Position numbers and translations under genes: made by a program | Source: Longimicrobiales bacterium | GTDB taxonomy: Bacteria > Gemmatimonadota > Gemmatimonadetes > Longimicrobiales > Gaopeijiaceae | Reading direction: 5' to 3' | NCBI GenBank assembly: GCA_965219445.1 | Contig: CBDCNQ010000002.1 | Span: forward strand, 512,001-576,000 | Length of the DNA: 64,000 nt | Part shown: positions 10,723 to 18,501 of the stretch, piece by piece | How the letters are laid out: each line of letters opens with the position of its first letter | Numbering within the stretch: the first letter of the stretch is position 1 | The notes under the pieces: model-generated | The model's input: the letters and a program-made list of their open reading frames with translations, nothing else | Told to the model about the DNA's origin: nothing | Database searches by the model: none

Positions 10723-11970
10723 ATGGAGAGATATATCGGACTCGACGCACACGCGTCGAGCTGCACGCTGGGGATTGTAGGCCCCAGCGGCAAGCGCTTG
10801 GGCTCGCAGGTGGTGGAGACGAACGCGCGGGCGCTGATCGAGGTGCTGCGAGGGATTCCGAGGAACCGGCACTTGTGCCTGGAAGAAGGGACGCTGTCGG
10901 GGTGGCTGTACGAGGTGCTGGAGCCGCACGTGGAGGAGCTGACGGTGGCGGGGGTCGGCAAGAGCCGGGGCCCGAAGACCGACAAGCTGGACGCGTTTGC
11001 CCTGGCGGAGAAGCTGCGGATCGGATCACTGGAGACGAGGGTCTACAAGAACCGGGGCCAGTTCAGGCGGCTGGGGGAACGGGCGAAGAGCTACGACTTC
11101 CTGGTCGGCGACACGGTGCGGGTGAAGAACCGGCTCAAGAGCGTGCTGCGCTCGAGAGGAGTGGCCTACGGCGCGGGGCGCTCGGTCTACTTGAAGCGCG
11201 ACCGGGAGGAGTGGTTGGCCAAGCTGCCGGAAGCGAGCAGGACGACGGCCGGGTTGCTGTACGAGGAGCACGACGCACTCGTGGCATTGAGGGCGAAGGC
11301 CGAGAAGGCGTTGCTGGCGGAAGCACGCAAGCATCGAGAGTGGCATGTGCTGAAGACGTGCCCGGGTCTGGGTCCGATCCGGACGGCGGAGCTCCTGCCG
11401 GTGGTGGTGACGCCGTACCGGTTCCAGAGCCGGAGCAGGTTCTGGGCGTACTGCGGACTGGGCGTCGTGATGCGGAGCTCGTCGGACTGGGTGCGGGGTC
11501 CGGGTGGGCGGTGGGTAAGGGAACCGGTACAGCAGACGCGGGGGCTGAATCGGAACTTCAACCACACGCTGAAGCGTGTGTTCAAGGGCGCGGCGACGAC
11601 GGTGATCGGTCGGGCCGAAAACGAACCCTTGTACCGCCACTACGAGCGACTCCTGGAGGGGGGCACGAAGCCGAATCTGGCGAAGCTGACGATCGCGCGT
11701 CAGCTCGCCTCGATCGTGCTAGCGGTGTGGCGCACGGGCGAAGCGTACGACCCAAGAGACTGGAAGCGACGGAGTAAACCGGCCTGGGATCGGCGAGCGT
11801 GGGGTCGAAAGCGGTCACAACATGGGGTCCGACGAAACGGAAGCGAACCGGTTACAGGGGACAGCATCCATACACACCGTGGGCCGGGGCAGAGAGCCCA
11901 AGCCCCCACTCAAAGGCTATGCACCCCTGGAAGAGCCGAACGAAGCGATGGGCCACAGAGTCCCAGATAG
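10723..11970 (+). CDS. IS110-family DEDD transposase/recombinase; probable native stop at 11777 after a 1-nt frameshift
   Basis: AGGAG RBS and ATG at 10723. YIGLDAH, CLEEGT and KTDKLDA (DEDD), TCPGLGPI, FWAYCGLGVVMRSSS (serine loop), ARQLASIVLAVWRTGEAYDP. Confidence 0.93.
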   Translation: MERYIGLDAHASSCTLGIVGPSGKRLGSQVVETNARALIEVLRGIPRNRHLCLEEGTLSGWLYEVLEPHVEELTVAGVGKSRGPKTDKLDAFALAEKLRIGSLETRVYKNRGQFRRLGERAKSYDFLVGDTVRVKNRLKSVLRSRGVAYGAGRSVYLKRDREEWLAKLPEASRTTAGLLYEEHDALVALRAKAEKALLAEARKHREWHVLKTCPGLGPIRTAELLPVVVTPYRFQSRSRFWAYCGLGVVMRSSSDWVRGPGGRWVREPVQQTRGLNRNFNHTLKRVFKGAATTVIGRAENEPLYRHYERLLEGGTKPNLAKLTIARQLASIVLAVWRTGEAYDPRDWKRRSKPAWDRRAWGRKRSQHGVRRNGSEPVTGDSIHTHRGPGQRAQAPTQRLCTPGRAERSDGPQSPR

Positions 11971-11985
11971 AAGGATGGTTCCCGC
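11778..11985 (+). ncRNA. Putative bridge/seek RNA of the IS110 element (ends approximate)
   Basis: Hand folding: a 5' domain closed by AACCGG/CCGGTT; a stem CAGGGG..GCAT / ATGC.CCCCTG (11855-11929) enclosing an internal loop with target matches TACACACC and TCAAAGG; a second stem GAGCC/GGTTC enclosing ATAGAAGG, identical to the element's right end. Confidence 0.78.
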
Positions 11986-12144
11986 TCCAGAGCGGAGAAC
12001 GCGACGGCTGTGAACGTCTTCCGGACTGCGATGCGGACCCTGCGAGCGCACCCCTCCCCACCCTGAGTCGTCGACCGGGCAATCCAAACCATGCGGACGC
12101 CGACGGTCAAAAAATGAGCCGACGGCGCGTGGGGAAGGTGCGTC

Positions 12145-12167
12145 TTGACCGCCAGCCCCATAGAAGG
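12145..12167 (+). promoter_or_regulatory. -35 half of the IS110 circle-junction promoter
   Basis: TTGACC at 12145-12150 is followed by exactly 17 nt to the element end. The left end begins CATCAT (10578-10583), a -10-like hexamer. Confidence 0.7.
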
Positions 12168-12263
12168 GTGTGTAAAAAAAGAGGCGACGTACCTTTCCGC
12201 TAGGTAGTAAGAAGTTAACCAGCGAATCCCGGGTGAGCGCCCGGGGGAAAGGAACGATGCCTC

Positions 12264-13508
12264 GTGAGGAAGAATATGGTGGGACCCGAGAGTGAGTCCA
12301 GCACGCCGACGTGGGAGTGCTTGGAAGCGCTGGTTCGTGAGAAGGCCCAGGAGATGGTCCAGCGGATTCTGGAGGAGGAAGTGACGGAGTTGCTCGGCCG
12401 GGAGAAGTCGGAGCGGAAGACGGTCGTAGACCCGGCGCCAGGCTACCGCAACGGCTACGGCAAGGCTCGGCGGCTGGCGATGAGCTCGGGCACGATCATG
12501 CTCCGACGGCCCCGGGTTCGAGGCATTGAGGAGCGGTTCGAGAGTCGGGTGTTGCCGTTGTTCGCACGACGGACGAAGGAGGTGGGTGCTCTGCTTCCGG
12601 AGCTGTATCTGCACGGGCTGGCGGAGGGAGACTTCGAGCTGGCGATGCGGGGCCTGCTGGGCGAGGGGGCCCCGTTGTCGAAGTCTTCGATTTGGCGGCT
12701 GCGGGCGGGATGGACGGCGGAGTTCGAGGAATGGAGCCAGCGTCGCCTGGAGGGCCGTGAGGTCGTCTACGTATGGGCGGACGGGATCTACGTGAAGGCA
12801 GGGCTCGAGCGGGACAAGGCAGCGCTGCTGGTGGTTCTCGGTGCGATGCGAGACGGGACGAAGGAGGTGTTGGCCCTGAGATCGGGCTACCGAGAGTCGG
12901 TCGAGTCCTGGTCCGAGGTGTTGCGGGATCTGAAGGCACGCGGCATCGAGGCGCCCCGGCTTCTGATGGCGGACGGCAACGCGGCGATCTGGGGCGCAGT
13001 ACGGCAGGTATGGCCTGAGGCGGGCGAGCAACGGTGCTGGAACCACAAGATGAGGAACGTGCTGGACCGGCTGCCTCAGCGGGAGCAGAGCGAGGCGAAG
13101 GACCTTCTCAGGACCGTGGTCTACGCACCGAGGCGGTCCGAGGCGCTGAAGGCCCGTGAGGCGTTCGCCAGGCGCTACAGACCGTGGTATCCGAAGGCGG
13201 TGGATGTACTCGAGGACGACTGGGAGCGGATGGTGGCGTTCTACGACTTCCCCGAGGACCACTGGAAGCATCTACGCACGACGAACGTGGTCGAGAGCCC
13301 CTTTGCCGCAGTACGGCTCAGGACAACGGCGGCGAAGCGCTTCAAGCGGGTCGAGAGCGCTACGGCGCTGATCTGGAAGCTGCTCTTGGTGGCGGAGAAG
13401 CGCTTCAGAAGGCTCGACGCTCCTCACCTCCTCAAGGACGTATTTGAAGGAAGAAAGTTCGAAGACGGAAAGCCCGTCTCAACCCAACAGCGGAAAAACG
13501 CCGCCTGA
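12264..13508 (+). CDS. IS256-family (mutator-type) DDE transposase
   Basis: GYRNGY, ELYLHGL, VYVWADGIY, LMADG, QRCWNHKMRN (CxxH), LRTTNVVES. Appears intact. Confidence 0.95.
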   Translation: MRKNMVGPESESSTPTWECLEALVREKAQEMVQRILEEEVTELLGREKSERKTVVDPAPGYRNGYGKARRLAMSSGTIMLRRPRVRGIEERFESRVLPLFARRTKEVGALLPELYLHGLAEGDFELAMRGLLGEGAPLSKSSIWRLRAGWTAEFEEWSQRRLEGREVVYVWADGIYVKAGLERDKAALLVVLGAMRDGTKEVLALRSGYRESVESWSEVLRDLKARGIEAPRLLMADGNAAIWGAVRQVWPEAGEQRCWNHKMRNVLDRLPQREQSEAKDLLRTVVYAPRRSEALKAREAFARRYRPWYPKAVDVLEDDWERMVAFYDFPEDHWKHLRTTNVVESPFAAVRLRTTAAKRFKRVESATALIWKLLLVAEKRFRRLDAPHLLKDVFEGRKFEDGKPVSTQQRKNAA

Positions 13509-13537
13509 AACATTTACACACCTATTGACCCAACCTC

Positions 13538-14541
13538 AAAACCCCATGCGCGTGAGCCAATCCTGCCCTCGGATCGTGTAAGCGACCGAGATGTCACGGA
13601 GCTTTACGTAGCCCGCGTCCTCGATGAACTGGCTGGCCGGGCCCGTGAAGTGGGAGCCGATGCCGTCCAAGAACCATGTGGACCAGTTGATGGGCACGGA
13701 CGTCCTCGCCCCCGGCCCGGCGACATCGTACTGCTCGAGGAACGTCTCACCGAAGGTTTCGTTCTGCCCTGCGCCCTGGTACTGCTCGAGGTCCGCGTGC
13801 GTACCGTAAGTGTAGAGCGCACCCCTTGTGCCGTTCCACATTTGGCCGCCGTGCTTGAAGTCCAGGAGTGCGGAGATCCTCAGGTTGTCACCGATCCGGA
13901 CGTTGTTCCGGATACTGGCCGTCCAGTCCGCGTTCGCGTCCCCGATGACACGGCTCTGGGGATCCTGCTGGGGATAGCCGTCGGAGTGGATGTAGACGTC
14001 CCCTGCATTCCACTCCGTGTAGGTGGCGTCGATGTCCACATCGGTAGCCGTATCCAAGCTCCCGTTGCCGAAGCGAACGAAATCACTGCCGAAAAACACT
14101 CCAATGGGGTGGCAAAGGGTGATGTCGCCGCTGGCGTTCCGCTCCGGAGCGACCACGGAGTTCGTGATTCCCACAAAGCCCGTGAGCCCGAACTCCTCGG
14201 TCCCCGCAAGGTCCTGAGCACAGCTGTCGTTGGTGGCCCACTGGCCGACGACCTCCCACGATACTCCGCTCCTTTCCACGACGTTCGCTGCGGCGGTTAG
14301 TTCCCACCCCCGGTTCTCGAACTCCGCGGCGTTGGCGAACTTGCTGAAGAAACCCGTGCTGGGGGACACGTCCACCGCGAGAATTGCGTCCTTCGTCTGC
14401 TGATAGTAGTAGGTGACTCCCAACCTCAAGCGATTCTCCAAGAACGCGACGTCTGCGCCGGCCTCGTACTCGGTGGTACGCTCCGGCTTGATCTCGTTAT
14501 TGCCCAAGATGGTCTCGCGGACGACACCCTCGTTCCCCCCG
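13538..14541 (-). pseudogene. SusC/RagA-like TonB-dependent receptor, 3' fragment, truncated by IS256
   Basis: GNNEIKPERTTEYEAGAD, NAAEFENRGWEL, FIEDAGYVKLRDISVAY. Ends at ..RMGF with a stop created by the IS256 end; the usual final beta-strands are missing. Confidence 0.88.
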
Positions 14542-14614
14542 CCCTCTCTGCCAACTTACGTGAGACACGGAGCAGCTAAGGAATTAGAGTAGGGCGAAGG
14601 CAGAGAAACCGAGG

Positions 14615-15064
14615 ATGCTGAGACACCGAGAGAGAATGAAAGAGAATGGAATAGCCCCACCAACCTGGGACGGTAAGCGAAGCGCGGCAGCTCCTGCGGA
14701 CTCGGAGGTGGTAGATAGGCCGCTGCGCCGGCGGTTCGCTCCGTCGTACAAGCTGCGGATCGTCGAAGAAGCGGACCGGTGCACGGAGCCCGGAGAGGTT
14801 GGCCGACTCCTACGGCGGGAGGGCTTGTACTCGTCGCACCTGACGACATGGCGCAAGGCGGCGCATAGCGGGTCCCTGAAAGCGCTGTCGAAGAAACGAG
14901 GCCGTAAGCGCGAGCGCAATCCGCTGGAGGAGAAGGTGCGCAAGCTGGAGCGCGAGAACACTCGCCTCGAGAAGGAGCTCCAGAAGGCGCACTTGATCAT
15001 CGACGTCCAGGGAAAAGTTGCAGGGCTGCTGGGATTGAGCCTCGAGGACGGGACGAACTCATGA
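14615..15064 (+). CDS. IS3-family OrfA (HTH plus leucine zipper); start may be ATG at 14636
   Basis: RRRFAPSYKLRIVEEAD, LLRREGLYSSHLTTWR and a coiled coil. Slippery heptamer G GGA AAA at 15010-15016 whose -1 frame runs into OrfB. Confidence 0.88.
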   Translation: MLRHRERMKENGIAPPTWDGKRSAAAPADSEVVDRPLRRRFAPSYKLRIVEEADRCTEPGEVGRLLRREGLYSSHLTTWRKAAHSGSLKALSKKRGRKRERNPLEEKVRKLERENTRLEKELQKAHLIIDVQGKVAGLLGLSLEDGTNS

Positions 15065-16068
15065 AGGCGACCCAGGAGCTAGCCAAGCACGTAGGGGTGA
15101 AGCCCGCGTGCGATGCGCTCAGGGTGCCGCGAGCCACGTTCTACCGTCGTCGGAGTGCATCGACCGGGCATCAGCAGCCCCGCCCGACCCCCGCCCGGGC
15201 CTTAAGTGAGAGGGAGCGGGACAAGATTTTCGACACCCTGTGTTCGGAGCGGTTCGTGGACCGGTCCCCAGCCGAGGTGGTGGCGACGCTGCTCGACGAG
15301 GACGTCTACCTGTGCAGCGAGCGTACGATGTATCGCGTTCTGGCTTCCCAGGTGCCGGTTCAGGAGCGTCGAGCGCAGCGGAGTCATCCCAAATACCAGA
15401 AGCCCGAGTTGATGGCGAGGGGCCCGAACCAGGTCTGGTCCTGGGATATCACCCGGCTGCTGGGGCCGAAGAAGTGGAGTTACTTCTACCTCTACGTGAT
15501 CCTGGACATCTTCAGCCGCTACGTCGTGGGATGGATGGTGGCGGATCGGGAGAACTCTGCCCTGGCCAGCCGGCTGATCCAGCAGAGTTGCTTGAAGCAT
15601 GGCGTCCAGCCCCACCTCCTGACCCTGCATTCCGATCGAGGGGCTCCGATGACGAGCCAATGCACGGCTCAACTACTCGCCGATCTCGGCGTGACCCGCT
15701 CGTTGGGCCGACCCCAGGTCTCGGATGACAATCCGTTCTCCGAGGCTCAGTTCAAGACCTTGAAGTACCATCCCTCGTTTCCCGGCCGGTTCGGGGATCA
15801 GGGGCAAGCCAAGACCTTCTGTCGCTCGTTCTTCCGTTGGTATAATGCCGAGCACCGCCATGGCGGCATCTCGATGCTGACCCCCGAACAGGTCCACTTC
15901 GGTCACGCCGATCGGATCATCGCCTGCAGGAAGGCCGTGCTCCGTGAGGCATGGGCCGCTCATCCCGAGCGCTTCGTCTCCGGTGAGCCGAAGCCTAAAC
16001 CACTCCCGGAGGCCGTCTGGATCAATCCTCCCACCCCATCCCTCACGACACAGGAGATTGCTCTCTAA
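15061..16068 (+). CDS. IS3-family OrfB integrase-core transposase
   Basis: PNQVWSWDIT, ILDIFSRYVVGW, LHSDRG, SDDNPFSEAQFKTLK, YNAEHRHGGI. Confidence 0.93.
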   Translation: MKATQELAKHVGVKPACDALRVPRATFYRRRSASTGHQQPRPTPARALSERERDKIFDTLCSERFVDRSPAEVVATLLDEDVYLCSERTMYRVLASQVPVQERRAQRSHPKYQKPELMARGPNQVWSWDITRLLGPKKWSYFYLYVILDIFSRYVVGWMVADRENSALASRLIQQSCLKHGVQPHLLTLHSDRGAPMTSQCTAQLLADLGVTRSLGRPQVSDDNPFSEAQFKTLKYHPSFPGRFGDQGQAKTFCRSFFRWYNAEHRHGGISMLTPEQVHFGHADRIIACRKAVLREAWAAHPERFVSGEPKPKPLPEAVWINPPTPSLTTQEIAL

Positions 16069-16108
16069 TTGATTTCCAAGAGTGTCTCACTGGCGTTGAC
16101 AGGTTCCG

Positions 16109-18186
16109 CCGTAGGTGCTCAGGAGTCCATCGGGGAACAACCATGCATCGGTAAAGATTCCCGTGGTGAAGGCGCTGACATTGCTGAACAGATCCGGCTG
16201 CTTGCCGGCGACGCCATACGCGACCCGAAGCTTAGCGAAGCTCAGCGGTGTGTCTTCTACCCTGTTGGAGAGGTCCCAAGCCGCGCTGGCCTTGGGATAG
16301 ACGTACCGCTTGTCTTCTCCACCAAACGTGTTGGATCCGTCTAAACGCGCGCCAGCGGTCACGTACAGTTGGTCCCAAAGATCCACGGTACCCTGCGTGA
16401 AGTAGCCATCCGTACGCACTGTCGACGTGAACTCGTTGGGTATTTGGGCCACCGTAAAGTCGAGCTGACTCGTCCCCTCGAAGAGGGTGGATCCATTCAC
16501 GCGGTGCTGCCGGAACTCCCGGTGGTTGAGGTTCTGGCCGATCGAAAGCGTACCCAAAACGAAGTCACTGAGCTGTCTCGTGGCCGTGGCGATAAGGTTG
16601 GAGTCCAACTCGAAGGTCACGAAGTCCGCCCTTACGATCCGGCCGTCCGGGGAGTCCGTGGAGCTCTTGGGGACCACCTCCTTGCGCTCGTCGGCAGTGT
16701 AGTCGGAGCCGAGCATGTAGTTCACTTGGAGCCAGTTGAAGGGCGTGTACTGGGCGTTGATGTTCCCGAAGGTCCGGCCCACGTTCGCCGTGCTGGTAAT
16801 TTCGTTCGAAACCCAGAAGGGGTTGTCGAACCCCCGAGTCTCAGTCACAGACGTGGGATTTGGAAGCTGGTAGCTCCGGTGTAAGCCCTCAGCCGTAAGG
16901 TACGGTTTGTTGTTGAAGTCGGGTGGCGTGCGCAGCGCGCCGAGTTGCATGCTCGAACCACTGGACCCCTGCTGGATAAAGTCGCCCCGGCTATCCGCGA
17001 ACGAGAAATTCGCCGAGACTCGGAGGTCGTCCCGGAAGGCATGCCCGGCCCTCAAGCGCACGGTGGTGCGCTCGTACATTTGATTGCCCTTGATCACGCC
17101 GTTCTGGTCGAGCCGGCCCAGGGAAAGGTAGTAGTCGGTGGTCGCCGTGCCACCGGACCAGGTCAGGCCCAGCTCGCTGCGGAACGCGGTCTTGTAGAGC
17201 TCGTCCGCGTGGTCGAACACGGGAGTTCCGGACCCGATGGACGGTCCCCAGGTGAACGGACAACCACCCCCACCGCACAAATCCATACCGGGCATACCTT
17301 CCGGCGCGCCGTCCAGACCTTGGCCGAACCCTGTCTGAAGCGGGATCGTGCGGCTCACATCATCAATCGACAGCGAACTCCGGAATTCGACGCGGTTGGT
17401 CCCGGGTTGCCCCCGCTTGGTCGTGACCAGAACCACGCCGTTTCCGGCACGCGATCCGTACATGGCCGCCGCCGCGGCGCCCTTGAGAATCTGAATGCTC
17501 TCGATGTCGGTCGCGTTGAGGTCCATCGCTCGGTTACCCACCACGACTCCGGCGATGTTTACTCCGATCGTGTCGGAAGAGTTGTTGATGGGCTGCCCGT
17601 CCACGACGAACAGGGGCTGGTTGCTCCCGATCAGCGAATTGGCTCCCCGGATACGGATATAAGAGCCCGCACCGGGATCGCCACCCGAAGACGTCACTTC
17701 CACGTTGGGCGCCTTGCCCGCCAGCGCTGCCACGACGTTGGGCTCACGGCTCAGTACGATCTCATCGGCCCGAACCGTGTTGATCGTGACGCCGAGCTTT
17801 TGCCGCTGCATTTCGAGCCCCTGACCAATCACCACGATCTCGTCGAGCAGGAGGGGGTCCTCGCCGAGGCTGAAGTCGAGCTCTTGAGTGCCCGGACGCA
17901 GGGTGACCTGAAGGGTCTCGGAGGCGCGTCCGATCAAGCTTACGGACATCTCAACCGTCTGCCCCGTGGCGCGAGACGCCGGGACGATCAAGACGTACCG
18001 TCCGTCAGAGTTGCTCGCGACACCGATGTTCATCGATGGGATGAGAATGGCGGCAGCCATCAAGGGCTGCCCCTCGGGCGATGTGATTCTGCCCGCAAGC
18101 GTCGTGGGGTCTTGGGCTGATAAATTCGGGGCCGCGATCGTGCATCCAACCGTCAACATGAAGAGCAGACGGAATTGGAGATGCAT
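16109..18186 (-). pseudogene. SusC/RagA-like TonB-dependent receptor, 5' fragment
   Basis: GAGGAGG RBS and ATG at 18186. Signal peptide, carboxypeptidase-regulatory-like domain, plug motifs IRIRGANS, PLFVVDG and DIESIQILKGAAAAAMYGSRAGNGVVLVTTKRG. Confidence 0.92.
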
Positions 18187-18501
18187 ACAACCTCCTCGGC
18201 GATGGCTCGGAAGCGACGAAGGCGTCGAGGAGGCAAAAGCTCGAGAAGAACCGGTATTTGGCGCTCCCACCCCCCCATCCCCCTGCAGCAAGAAAGTTAG
18301 GTCTGAGCCGAAGAGGGGTGCAAGAACTTTTTTCCCCTGAGTGGGAGCCCCGACGCCGATGGCGACTCGCCTCGAGGGAGCACTTCTTTCGCTCGAAGAA
18401 AGTAAATCCATCATCGATGACAGAGAGCCCTATGCACTCCTTGAGTGCATGACCCATACTGTGAGCATGATGTCGAAATCCTCCTCGGGTGAGAGCTCGC
18501 G

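Larger units (their letters stand above)
10578..12167 (+). mobile_element. IS110-family (IS1111-type) insertion sequence
   Basis: AAGG at both junctions (10574-10577, 12164-12167). Imperfect sub-terminal IRs (left TAGGGGCATGGCG, right CGCCAGCCCCAT). DEDD transposase and a ~390 bp 3' non-coding end. Removing it restores the IS256 IR. Confidence 0.9.
10562..13537 (+). mobile_element. IS256-family element whose left IR is interrupted by an IS110/IS1111 element
   Basis: IRR at 13513-13537 reverse-complements to GAGGTTGGGTCAATAGGTGTGTAAA. Joining 10562-10577 to 12168-12176 gives GAGCTAGGATCAAAGGGTGTGTAAA, 20/25 identical. Encodes an IS256 transposase. No target duplication. Confidence 0.88.
14542..16108 (+). 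mobile_element. IS3-family insertion sequence inserted in the susC-like gene
   Basis: IRs TGCCAACTTACGTGAGACAC (14549-14568) and GTGTCTCACTGGCGTTGACA (16082-16101). CCGCC at both junctions. Removal restores the susC frame (STYGG[G]NEGVV). Confidence 0.88.

Noticed and set aside
10590..11777. 395-aa overlapping ORF inside the IS110 element
   Set aside because: A G/A/R-rich shifted-frame shadow with no motifs. Only its last ~8 codons are meaningful, as the probable native transposase tail.
9433..11970. 845-aa ORF that looks like a giant transposase fusion
   Set aside because: The first 430 codons are mostly antisense to the RCC1-repeat gene and cross the IS boundary. The RBS and IS110 motifs start at ATG 10723.
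11910..13271. 453-aa minus-strand ORF
   Set aside because: Antisense shadow of the IS256 transposase, expected in GC-rich DNA.
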